Shown here piece after piece: positions 24,755 through 37,542 of a stretch of 64,000 nt of DNA. Numbering within the stretch: the stretch's first letter is position 1; the number at the start of each line of letters is the position of its first letter. The DNA lies in the NCBI GenBank assembly GCA_047495785.1, contig JBLDXI010000028.1, positions 310,001 through 374,000 of the forward strand, written 5' to 3'. The position numbers and the translations under genes were made by a program. The notes beneath the pieces are model-generated. The model was not told the DNA's origin. It worked only from the letters and a program-made list of their open reading frames with translations, and did not search any database. The DNA comes from Lepidodermella squamata. Lineage: Eukaryota; Animalia; Gastrotricha.

Positions 24755-26736
24755 TATTTCAAACTCGAATTTCTGAAAAAAATCGAAGGAAATATTTTTG
24801 GCGTAATGTTCGTTTTCATGGTCTCCCACCGACCCTCAACCCTGGGCTTATTATTGGAGCTAATACGGTAATGGCCTTTTCGAAATTTCATGTCGATGAA
24901 AAAACTCTTCAAAATTGGATTAAATCGCTCGACAAAATGCGAATGTTGGGCGTAAAAATTTGTGCTTTAAGTTTTTCAAGCAAAAATCAAGCAATACATA
25001 TTCAATCAATTTTCAAGAATTTTTAGAATTTTATTATAACATGACAGCGCCGAAATTTGAAAATTTGCATAATTTTTTTACTGAAATGTATAGGCTTGGT
25101 TATATATTATTTGGCCTGAAAATATTATACCTTTCAAGCCATTCAATTTTTTTTTGAATATTGTCTTGTTACTGTCATGATGATAACTGAGGAAAATTAG
25201 AAAAAATGAATCAGGCTGCAAGAAAGACGATATTATGCGTGCGCGCCGAAATATGCGTTGCGCGAGAGCGCGCACAAAGCGCCGACCCAATGGAATCGCA
25301 AATTTTCGGCGGGCCTAAATTGTTGAAATTAATTGAGTATAAATAAACCATTTTTATTTTTCGAATTTTTCTCAATATTTTCATTTCTGTTTTCTTTCAT
25401 TTAAAATAATTTCATTATAATAGTCTGACACGGTCCGCGATTATGGAGGATTACGGTTATAGACCGAGGTATTGCGGCGGCCTGATTAGCGTGACCCGAT
25501 TTTAATCGCGCCGCAACAGTCTGCGAATAGCACCCTATTGCAACCAGCGGCGGCGCTGCTCTTGGTAATTAGCGCCATTTTTCGTTGAAATTCATGCAGT
25601 GGTGTAAAGTTGCCGTCGGCTGGAAACGCAGTGTGGCCTGGAACCGGGCGAGACGATAAACATCGAAAACCGGCCATTTCAGCCGCTGCTCATGTCACGA
25701 ACTCCAATTATTGTCGACACCTGTCACGGCGCAGCCAAGCGCGCTGCCATTAGTTTAGCTAGTAGCTGCCGTACTAATGAGCTGCTCATTAACCCGCGGC
25801 GGAACCGCGCTCGGCCCACACCGAGAAACACACCTCGGTTTTATAGCGCCATAAATGTCAGGTGAACATTTATTAGTTTTTATACCCGCTATTCGCCCGC
25901 AAAAAGGGTGTCCCGCAAAAGTTGCGCTAGCATTTAATAACTGTGCAGCTTTTTCCGGGAAATTTTCCTAGAATTAAATATACCGGCAGAATTTCTCATC
26001 ATTTTTCATCCACAATTCCCGTAAATACCCGATTTTCGGTAATTCGGGTGATTCAACCAGTTTAACCGAATTTCTCCAGATTTTTATTCCCATTTACTGA
26101 GCCTTTTAATTTTTGTGAATTTTTCTTCCTTGAATGGACGTGCCCGAATGAATGCTCTCAGGGCCGCTTGCAAGTCGGACTAATTTACTAATTTGGAATT
26201 GTCCTGGCTGTTAGGTGTGATTTCGCCTCGAAATTGCGATTTCTTTCTCGTTCTGGGCATTCCTTTTGTTTGCGTTTTACTTCCAGGTCGCACTGCGTTA
26301 TTAATTTTTTCCATTTTTCAATTATTGCGTTGAAAAAATGGGAAAATTTCCATTTTCGCAATTATCGCGGCATTTTAATATTTTTACTTCTTTCGTAAAC
26401 TTTCTTAACATTTAACAGCTATTTTTTGTTTTTTTTTTTAATAAGAAATGAGTACCTTCCCGGAAAATTGACAGCTTCTTCTCATCAATTTTCGACTCGG
26501 GGATTATTTTTGCAGGCATCAGGCCATTTTGAAATTTCTTGACTCCTCCATAATGTTTTTCACCACGCGAGAAAATGTATAGAGCGCTGGAAGTAGATTT
26601 TTATAGCAAAGTGAAATGGGCCAAATTTCCCATCTATCGCGAATATAGAATTTACTGTCGAAAGAGCGCGCAATACGTTTACTCAAAAGTTGCGAATCGC
26701 ACACAAAAACGCGGCCTAATTCGATTTGCATGCGAT

Positions 26737-27915
26737 CATAGAGATCAGATTAACCAGAGAGGAAACTCATGCAGAAAACTTTCTACAAAAACTATTTTCG
26801 CATTTTTTCATTAAGGAGGAATTTTAATAATTTTTCCTTTCTTCAAGGTTTAAGAAGCCATCAGTCTTCTCGAATTTATCACTACCGAGGATTCCAGATG
26901 ATTCCTCAATTCAGAAATCGCACACGGCAAAAAACCGTATGCAAAAATCAGCTTCCTACGAGGAGATATTTGAAAATGAAAAAGTTCAGTTTTTTGGGTA
27001 GATTGCAAAACTTTATTCTGCCATATCTCCATAAAGGGTCAGGGTTTTGGCTGCGCTTTTCAGAAATGAAAGTTTGGGATGTGCTCTGTCAGATGGTTTA
27101 TGTCCCTCGGAGGGCTTTTGAGTATAACTCGAGTTATTAGAGCTCAAAGTAGGCATACTCGGTCTATAAAACCATCACTTCTGTAGGTCCCATGACAATT
27201 TGGCATGCACCATCGTGCTCGCAGCATGGTCGAATTGCTTAAAGCGCTAATTTTCAAATGACCAGTCGCGAAAATATGCGAGAAGTTGAAAAACAAAAAT
27301 GTTTAGTTTTTCGTGAGTTGATTCAATTTTAGCGATAATTTTCTCTCCATGTTTCCTAAAACTGTTTGTCGATTTCTCAACCTATTGGTGTCTAAGTTCG
27401 CACTCCAGGTAATTCGACCATGCTGAATACGATGGTGCAATCTAAATTGCCATGGGACCTTCAGAAGTGATGGTTTTATGTGTCGAGTATGCCTACTTTG
27501 AGCCCATTTTTCTCGAGTTATACTCAAAAGCCCTCCGAGAGACCTATACCATCTGATAGAGCACATCCCAAAATTTTATTTCTGAAAAGCTCAGCCAAAA
27601 CCCTGACCCTTTATCGAGATGAAACAGATTGAATAGAAAAATAGACAAATTTTTGCGCATCGCTATCTCCTGTTTGGTAGCGCTTAATCGAACGGGGTTT
27701 GCGTTGCCAAACTCGTAATGAGTCGCCGAAAATAACCCTTTTAAAGTTAGGCATTAATAGCTCAATGCCGTTTTTCACAATGCGAATGAAAAAATAAGCA
27801 GTTTTCAGGTCACCCGTAATTAGTCGAAATAAAAAAATCCATCTTAAAAAACTTGCTGACTTTTTGTAGAAACTTTTTGCATTGAGTTTCCTCTCTGGTT
27901 AATCTGATCTCTATG
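26737..27915. mobile_element. Foldback non-autonomous element, P/Galileo- or hAT-like
   Basis: Termini CATAGAGATCAGATTAACCAGAGAGGAAACTCA and its reverse complement; 8-bp TSD CATGCGAT (26729-26736, 27916-27923); inner ~210-bp inverted arms 27030-27240 / 27409-27620. Confidence 0.85.
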
Positions 27916-29952
27916 CATGCGATTTTGACTTTTCTCCGATCAATACCGATGCGTTTCATTTTCCTGGTAATTTTCAGTATGAAGGCCGCGGCTCGAAAAT
28001 CTTTCTCTTTTCCGAGAAATGGGTGAAAAAATTCGGCGATATAATTAAGGTGGATATCTGATATAGGGAAAAATCACTGATTTGCGAAATCGACGTGTGG
28101 GTTGACCGTTGACCGCTTGTAGCACAATATGTGCACAAGTCAGGTCTATGGATTGGGTATCAATAATTTTTCTGAAATTTGAGCCTGAGGTTGAGGTTGA
28201 GATTGGAAAACCCCAATTTTTAGGCAATTTTTCGCCTCAAATTTGCCGCGCGCGCACTTCATGTTTACACTTCAATTTCGCAACGATCGCTTCGAGACTA
28301 AACACTAAACATTCTGCAAGCATTTTCCTAATTTTTCAAAAAATATTTTTTTTTATTTTACAATAATTTTGTGGTAAAAATTGACGCTATGGTTGCGAAC
28401 AATTTTATGCATTTTTCATGAATTTTGTTTTATATTATTTTATAGGATATCGTATTAATCATCCCATGAAATTTTCAATGGCAAGGCTTGTCAAATACAA
28501 GATCGCCCTTTCATCGCCATTCTGAGGCAAAATTCTCAAACGCGGATTTTCACCTGCGTTGTATTCGAGTGCGGTAGTACACAAGGTAATTTTTCTGCAT
28601 TTTCTTTGCTTGAAATGTATGATTTTTTTTTCATCGATTTTCTATTGCCGTGAACGATTAATCCTAAGGCCATTCTCAGAAAGTACCTAAAAGAAGCGCG
28701 ATCAATTCTGCTCTCTCCCCTATCAAAAAATGTGAGAAAAACTCATGATTTTCATTAATTTTTCTAATTTTTTTCTCAATTTTTCCAGTGAATATCGATG
28801 CGATCGTTGATGCAGATCATTCAGGCAGATCTTCGCATTTGTCAGCTTTATTCTACTCGGCTTCACTTGGCTGACGTCTATCCTGGCTGATTATCCAGCT
28901 GCCAGTTGGTCTCGAATCGATTCAAATCGACTCAGTCGGCGAGGCCGCTGATTTTACACGCAAAATTATTTCAGGTTTCAATTTTATTATTCTTCGAGGG
29001 CTCAAATCATTGTACATAATCTCCGACTATGTTATTCACTCTATGTTATTCAGTATCGTTTTTAATTCGATCTTAAAAATGTTTGATTCATACCTATCAA
29101 GATGAGAAGTAATTATTCATTAATTATGATTCAACTGAATTTACTTTTGAGAGGTTCACAGCGTTTTCCCCTTCTTCATTAAACACTTGATTTTGTTTCA
29201 AGTCAAATTGTCTTGATTCTCGAGACATATTTCCGTGAATCCAAATCCAGCTTTTTTATTTTCGACTTCTTTGAAATTTCAAGAATTTGTTGCGTGCGAA
29301 TCAAGGCCGAAAACTCGAGTGAATTAGAATTAGAAAATGGAAAGTAATTTTTTAAACTCAATTGCATCAACCAGTAGTTGTTTTGACCCCGAGGTAAAGC
29401 TTGAAAGCTGCACCTTAGCAACGACGTACTTAGTTACGAGAAGCGATTTTGCGAGTTGGACGACGCGCATTCTCAAATTTTTAGAATTTTTAGAAACCTG
29501 TTCTGGAACCCGGCGAGCCCGGCGAGATGACTTGAATTTAATTTAAATAATCCAAGAGATCAAGCAATTCAATTGTTTGTTGCTAGTTGGATGCTTGTAG
29601 TTACGCGGGACCTTTTTAAATCGAAGAGAGAAAGAGGAATTAACAATTTCCAAATTTTATTGATACACATACAAACGGTTTAAAATCAAATCAAATCAAG
29701 TAGTAGTAGTCGCCTGTCGCCGTTGTAGTCACCAACCGCAGCCGGTCTGTATTGAAAAATGACAAGGTTAAACTTACTCAGCGAGATCGCTGCAGACTGA
29801 ATAAGATGCCTGACAAATTTCTCGAATAGATTCACCTCAATGATGCACTTTTCTTTTGATCTGAATAAACATTAAAGTAAAACTATGGCCGGTTAATGAC
29901 AAGGTTCAAGTTACACACCGAGATCGATTTCAACGTGCTGTTTCCCCTCTAA

Positions 29953-31241
29953 TATGCTGTTAGAGTCGATTCTGAGCTCTCAGATTTCTTCTATGTTACC
30001 AGGGGACTAAGACAGGGTTGCCCGTTGTCTCCTTTGCTATTCATAGCGACCTTCAACAAAATTTGCGAAAAAATATCTGCTGAAAAATTAGGCTTTCCTA
30101 TTAGCGAGACCGCAAACAGCGAGACCGCTATGAGCGAGACTGATTTCCTAAATTTACTAGCGTTTGCTGACGACGGAACACTTTTAGGCATGAACCACGA
30201 CGAAATTTCACGACTACTTCACATTTTCGATTTGGCTTGCACCGAATTGGGTCTGAAAATTAACGCGGCAAAAACTCAATATATGATTATTTCTAGAGAC
30301 GAGTCAGCCACTCAAAATTACGAATTGGAATTGAACGGGAAAAAACTTGAAAAAGTGACCAAATTTAAATATTTAGGGAGCATTATTACTAGTGACGGCA
30401 AAATCGATGAGGAACTAAACTACAGAATTTCTAAGGCAGGCAGTGTTTTCGGCGCCATGAATAAATTCATGTGCAACAAAAGTCAGGTTTCCATAGCTAC
30501 AAAACTTAAGGTACTGACATGTGTTATAATACCTACCATCATTTACGCCTGCGAATCGTGGAACATATCGATAGCCCAAGAAAATAGACTAAACACTATA
30601 GAATATCGATGGCTTCGATCTATAGTAGGTGTCCACCTAATGGACTATATTCCAAATATAGACATTCGACTTGCGTTATGCGGAGGTCTCATTGAAGTGA
30701 GCCGCATTGTTGAAAAACAAAGGCTAAGGTATCTAGGTCACATAATTAGGTCACGTGACTATGACGTAGAAGGACTAATACACAAAATATATATTTGGAC
30801 GCCTCCGCTTGGGTGGTTTGCACCCAGAGGTAGACCTCGAACCAGATGGATCAACGGAGTGCATAGAAGCTTAATTAAAGTAGGTCTTACTAAGGAAATT
30901 CGCCGGAAAAAGAAAACCAATAAGAACAATAAGGTCAAGGATAAGAAAAATAAAGCCACCAAGAAACGAGAAAATAGAAAAAATCCCGGCGAAAAGGATT
31001 TTGAGATCAAAATTATTCCCGATGTCCAACTAGCGGAATCGGTTTCTTTTGAAAAAGATGAATGGCGCATGGTTGTTAACTCGATTGAAAATTACGAATT
31101 CTATACAAAAAGCAGAATCCTCGACTGTGGGGGTGGGTGAGGATCATTCTTCGCCTGCCTTCGCCCTCTTCAAAACCGGAAACGGTACACGACGCTCAGT
31201 CCCGAAGAGGATAAATAAAAACATTATTATTATTATTATTA
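29953..31241 (+). mobile_element. 5'-truncated non-LTR retrotransposon (RTE-like), RT C-terminal half
   Basis: Open frame 29953-31140 with GLRQGCPLSPLLF, FADD, KFKYLGS and RGRPRTRW; (ATT)n tail 31223-31240; 13-bp TSD GTTTCCCCTCTAA at 29940-29952 and 31242-31254. Confidence 0.92.
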
Positions 31242-31689
31242 GTTTCCCCTCTAAGTTTTTGCTTAGTTTGATGGCCATCCGATCGTTCTGAACGCACGAT
31301 TTCAACGGATGTCTGCGTATCTGCTGCCATTCGGCGAGCCGCGCGAAGAATCCGCATCCATTTCGGCTCGGCGCGAACCTCGGAGTGATTTGTGACGATA
31401 GCCATAAACGCTCATTTCCGCTAATACCAAAAAATTGGTTAGTCTATTAAATGCGTAAATAGGAGATGGCTTTATCGCATCGCCTTGAACGCTGCACTCG
31501 ACTTATTCATCGTCTTCTTGCCAGTTGATGGCAACTGTTAATTCATCAGCGAATTCCGAATTGTCATCTGATGATCCTATGCTGATCACTTCATCAGATA
31601 GCCCGCGCCTAGTTAGGAGGGGGAAGGGTGATTCCCAGGCGAAGGTAGTAAAGTTACGGTTGCAGCCGTTGGGGGGTAAGATTTGCCCC

Positions 31690-32645
31690 TCTGGGGTTAT
31701 AGATATGAATTTGAATTCACCTCCACGGTGTCTAGCGGGGTGAAGATGTCCCCGAGGTGTCCTTGTTGAGCGGTGAGAGTTCGCTATCTGTTCCGGCGTC
31801 AAAAGCATCCGAAACGTAGTCGGGGAAAATAACTTCAGGTTTAAAAAAGCATGCGCAAGCTGTACACGTAAGGTGGGTAGTTTGAACGATGACGATGAGT
31901 CGGATGCATTTCGTCGCGGTACTTGCGTAATTTTTGGAATAGAAGTTTGCGTGTTGAGGGTTTGCAACGTTCGAGTAGCAGGGTGATCAATTGCCTGTTT
32001 TTACTAAACATCAAAGCTTTAAAAATGTAGATGCTCTGTTGCGGCCCAGTATGCTAAATCACGAAGTGCTAGATGAGGTCTCGTGATCAAAATACTCCGA
32101 AAACGTTGAATATCAAGTGGCCGTTGTAACTCGACTGATCACGATGAGCTGAGTGCACGAACACATCTTGTTAGTGTCCATAAGCTTTTATGCGCTTATG
32201 TACACGTCCAATTTGAGGATCCAGGCATCGCCCTCCTAACTACTGTTGACGCTGGCTCTTGTTTCACAGACCTGTCGGCGAAGATCTCGATACTCAATTG
32301 CACTCATTGCGGCTACAGCTTTTGCTCATTCGAGGGTAGATTTGAATTTGAAATCACCCCCACTGTGTCTAGTGGGGTGAAGATGTCTCCGAATCTCGCA
32401 GAATTCTATCCCGCAGAATTCTTTGGCCACCCTGTATAGGGCTTCGTTAAGTGGCGAGAGTTTGATATCTGTTCTGGCGTCAAAAGCATCCGAAACGTAG
32501 TCGGGGAAAATAACTTCAGGTTTAAAAAAGCATGCGCAAGCTGTACACGTAAGGTGGGTAGTTTGAACGATGACGATGAGTCGGATGCATTTCGTCACGG
32601 TACGTGTGTAATTTCACGAACAGAACTCTGCGTGTTGAGGGTGGC
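31690..32645 (-). repeat. Local direct duplication (~260-300 bp) of a degenerate coding-like segment
   Basis: 31780-31960 and 32465-32640 are near-identical (AAAAGCATCCGAAACGTAGTCGGGGAAAATAACTTCAGG...), with further similarity 31700-31755 / 32335-32392. Confidence 0.7.
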
Positions 32646-35600
32646 GCAACAACACACATCAACGTTGTTTCGCATCTCGATACTCGCTTATACGCTCATT
32701 GCGGCCACAGGCGTTTTGAGCTATCGATTGTCGAACAAGTTAGAAATTAGAAGTAGTCATTTTGCATTGCTGAGGCGAAACGCTTAACTGTGTAACTAAT
32801 TGACTCGCCAAAACAACAATTGCCTCTATCGCGCTTTCTATCGCGAAATGCCAGTTAAGCCGACGTAGTGTCCGACACATTCGACCGGCCCTACTCCTCC
32901 ACCTCCTTCAACATGCGAAGTAATAGTTTGACCACTATTATGTAATTTGCGTCAAACTTTATTAATTTGCGATATTTATTAACCGCTGTGTGTCACGGGC
33001 CGCTACAAACAATTCATTGAAGGTTGCGATTGGAGATACCCAATAATTTTGTTGATCCCTTTTGCCAAGATGTATTGAGTTATTCTAAATGCGAAACGCA
33101 GTGTAACCTCAGTCCGATAATATTTCCTGCGTTATACCGTAAAAGCACTCGAAATTCATATTCCGGACGTTGGAACTGTGAAATACTTGATAATTGAGCT
33201 GAGATGAGGCCGTTCATTTCCTCCTCCGGCTTTTCGATAGTAACAATCTGGAGTTTGCATTCATTTAGGCTTCTGTCTATTTGTTGCAATTTGCATCTGG
33301 TTCCGTAAATTCCAGTGCTTTTCCCACGTGAAGTGGGCATGAGGCTTCCAAATAGGTTCAAAAGTTCTTTCGCGAATTCAGGCTCGGCATCAATTCCCGA
33401 TTTATCATCAGATGATTACGTCTTGTTTGCCAGATAGATCATGTCTAACCAATTCAAGGTTGGTAACTAGCATTAAACTAGCAGTTACGTTCAATTCGGC
33501 CAGCAATTGTTGTAAAATCATTGTTGTTGAAAAATCAGGAGTATCAGGAGTAGGTGAAAATGAGACCATCAAGGTGGGGTATTTATGGATGTTCAATCAG
33601 TATAATTGAAGCATCTAGGGTCTAAAAGACAAACTTTATAACAAGGTTTGCATAAGATGCTCAGCCGGGCGAGAAATTGATGACGTTTGGCGTTCAGTAA
33701 TGAGGTCTATGATATTTTCCGACTTCTCGATGGTTGAAAATGAACGCTTCATGATAAACAATTTTATTGTTAAAGATACTCTTACGATATTACACTAATT
33801 ACACAGTGAAACAACGAGAAGAGAAACGCAAAATTAAGAAGTGTATGATACATTTTTTAGCGACAGATTAACATTTAGTCATTACTGTGTAATTAATGTG
33901 TAATTACTGAGCATGTTTTCATGTTATCATTACGCATGCGACTTCGGCGTCTCCTATATTTTTTGTGATCGTTTGTTAGACCTGCGTTACCAAAAATTGC
34001 TGAGTAGCACGTGCCGCGCTCAGCTAAAACGCAGTTCAAATGTTCCTAGAAGTCACCAAGTTTGAGGGTGTTACCGAAATTGGCGATGAGCAGCTTTAAA
34101 AACTTGAGCTCACCATCGTCATATCGCGCGCCGGCTTTAGGAGCTGCCACAGGTATATCTTAGGAAGTTGCAGCAGGTGGAATGTTGGGCCGTAATGCTG
34201 CCGGGCTGGATGCAGCTACTGCCTGGACGGGTGGCACTGAGTTCGATGCATTAGTAGCAGCCGTTGAAGAAGGTGTGGATTGCAGCGACGATAGAATACG
34301 AGATCGGGGAGCTATAGCTGCCTGAGCTGCCGCTTGCAGGGCTTCTTCAGGTCCGGGTTCATGGTCACCGTTCCCGCTGCCAGATTCACCTTTTGCCGAA
34401 CAGCTCTCTCCGCAACAGGTCTCTCCGCATAGCTTGCGAAGCGCCACGCGCTGGCTCTCATCGTCCACCATCCTCAGATCTTGGCGGAGTTCAAATTGCT
34501 TTCCGATGACTGCAATTGGCACGATTCGCCGATGATCGTAGAATCGAATCGACTCGTAGAGGTTAATGTCGTCACGAATTATCATTCATTTTTTTAAGAA
34601 AGACGTTGCCAACAAGACTGGACTGGCAAGATTGGGGAGGGGCGAAAAAGTTCCCCTCCAAGATGACTAGGAGGGGAATTTCAGGGGGTGGTGACGCGAA
34701 CCGGCCTAAACCTTTCATGCTGAGCTGAATTAGAAATTAGAAATAGTAATGGTCTTTTTCGACATCAGGCTTTTCGATGAGCGCTTGAAAATTTAGAAGA
34801 TTATTGAAGTGAGAGCTAAACGATAAACGATTAAGCTCAAGCGATTTCAAGTACCTGACATCACTTGGTTCGACTGGGAGAGTGAGAGGTTGGGATAGGA
34901 AGGAAGGGGTGGGTAGCTGATTCCATTCAAATTTGCTCGGTAACTGCCTAGGTATCCGCTGCGCCTGGGCTCAAGTTGCGCCATCATATCATTCAGGAAC
35001 CACTTGAGGCTACAGCAGCATTGGTTTATCTCGGACAAAACCGTGTGCGGGATCGCGATTCTGATGCATGATAAATTACAGCAATCAACAAAAAATGTAC
35101 TCCTGGTAAGAATGCCACATGTTTGCATTTTTGCGCGAACAATCACATCAAAAAGAGAAGAAAGTCGTGAACTTCATCATCCTCAATTTCGTGTCCACTT
35201 TGATTCATCCCACTTTTAGTGGCTAGCTTCTTGGTTTGGTCTAGGCTCCAACTTCGTAACTAGCTTGCGGAGACGATCCTCCAAGCGGATCATCTCTATG
35301 GTTGAATCGGATAAAATTAACCCTTCCGACGCCACCTCCTCTTGTAGCGATTTCACCTCGCTGGATCTTAGTAAAATGAAAGTTATTCAATTATCATAAT
35401 TGACCACTGAGCACGGTGGTATCTGCAGATTTGATCGAAAGGTGAAGACCCATCGCTCCAGACACGATCATTCTAACCTTGAGGTGGTTGTAGCAGTGGA
35501 CCATTATTTATAGGTATCAGTTGCATCGATACTGGGTCAGCCGCTTGATTCGCCTCTATGTCACTTGCTGCTTTCATCAATATCTCATCGGGCATGCCTG

Positions 35601-37542
35601 GCGATGCTTTCATCAGTAGAAAGTCTGCATCATACGATGACGAAAATGACGGCGCAGCATTGTCGCTAGCGACTTCCAGTACATGTTGATTGTTCTAACT
35701 TGCCATGTTAAGTACTTCTTGCTCGTCAGGTAGAACCTGCCTAGCCGTAAGCCTTGGTAGTAGCCAGTTACGTTGAATGCGGCCAGCTATTGCTTCCAAT
35801 GTCTGCGTGCCAATTGATCGATAACAGACTGGATGATGCTCGGCCGGTCAGGAAATTTTCGATGTTCGTCGCTGAGTGATGACATCTATTTTATGAGACG
35901 TACTATTGGACGCCGCGAGTAGTTGGAGGGGGAGGGGTGATTCCCCCGGGGCCAGGAGCGAAGTGACGGTTAGAGTTTGGGGGAAGAGCTAATGATGACA
36001 TTCGAGGTAACAGCCAGTTCGACTCAACTCGCTTAGCGATCGATTCGGAGGATTGAGTGCCAATTGAACAGGACTTGATGAGGAAATGGTCAGCTGAGCG
36101 CGAAATTGTAGACGATCAGCGATGGGTGATGACATCGCTTTCATCGTCTGATTTTTCAATAGTAATCATTGCACGCTTCATGGTAGCTGGTCGACTTTTA
36201 TTCTAATAATATAGCTGCTGATAAAACGGTTTACACTACTGGGCAGTAGTTTGCAATGGCAGTCAAAAGGTCTTGAATGTGATTCGTTAGGTTGCTCATA
36301 TCTTCGCCACCACCGCAGCCAGCCAAGCATATTCGTCCCGTATGAAACAGGTTTACAGTTTACACAAATATTCTAGTACCGAACACATGTTTGCACCGCA
36401 TCGCAGGAAACCTTGTCAGATCTTATAGCCGCACAGCCAAGGGTCACTACTATAATTATATAATTTATAACTAGCTCAGTTGTCGTTAGCGCAAATGTCG
36501 CAGAGCGAAATTAAATTCTGATTTGATGCTACTTTTCACTTCAATGCATAATAATATTGTTATTATCTACTGAAATTTCGCTAGTTTCATGTTTTTCCAC
36601 TAATGCGCAAGAATTTGCCTCAGTAGTTTACCACGATTAATATGGAGTTTACGCTCGTAGTCAATGGATACCGTGCAGAAGGTGTGGCAAGGTCATTTTT
36701 CGCATAAATATAAAATAATTTGTTAGTGGATCGCACGGCTAAATTGTTTCGTCCCGGAGTCATGGCAACAATAAATTAACCAATAAGCGCGCGGGTCAAC
36801 TTACTAATTGAATTTTTTATCCCGATCGTACTAAGGGATCGTATTACTGCCCGGATCGTACAGTAATCGTTACCGTTTACGATGGGCATAATGAGATTGT
36901 TTTGAATTACTTCACTAAATAAGCTGTCTGTTTCTTTTGTGAAATAGATAGAACATAGAGAAAAAGAATGACTTTTTCCTCACTTTTTTCTCTATGGGAT
37001 AGAATAATTGAGGAATTTATATTTGTTGGCCCAATAAGGAAGGATGCAATGCCAAAACAAAAAATCAGTCGGACCAAATTAAATCCCACCTAACAAGTAA
37101 TTGAAATCCTCCGAAGAAATCGGTTAATTGTTTCGAGAATCATGCACGTTATGGCTCAGATCACTTTCAAAATCTTGCAGGTGAGAGGGGAAAACGCGAA
37201 TAGCATTACTATCAAATTCTGAAATAATTATTTCTCATCTGATTTTCTCTTCTTTATGAACTGTTGTATTATTCCTGACCTCAATATCAGAGCGAAGATG
37301 TTTTTATTGGATAATAAAATTGTTGTTGAAATTCAAGCCTTGTTTTCCTTCCTGTTTTTCATTTTCATCCTTTTCACAGAAATAAGGTAACAGCAGTACA
37401 GAAGATGAGACCTTCATGTGGAAAGAAAGTCTTGGAAACTACCTAATCTTTATTTTTACGAAATCTAAGCGCGAATAAAATATCACGGGAAAGCGTGTCA
37501 TCACTAGGGCTACTCTTGCAAGCTATCATCTATGATGCATTC

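Noticed and set aside
25457-25845. Possible MITE with ACCGAGGT inverted ends
   Set aside because: Inverted match is only ~8-13 bp with no second copy to confirm it.
31130-31215. Hammerhead ribozyme in the LINE 3' end
   Set aside because: The three-way junction lacks the CUGANGA core; GAAA is a tetraloop here.
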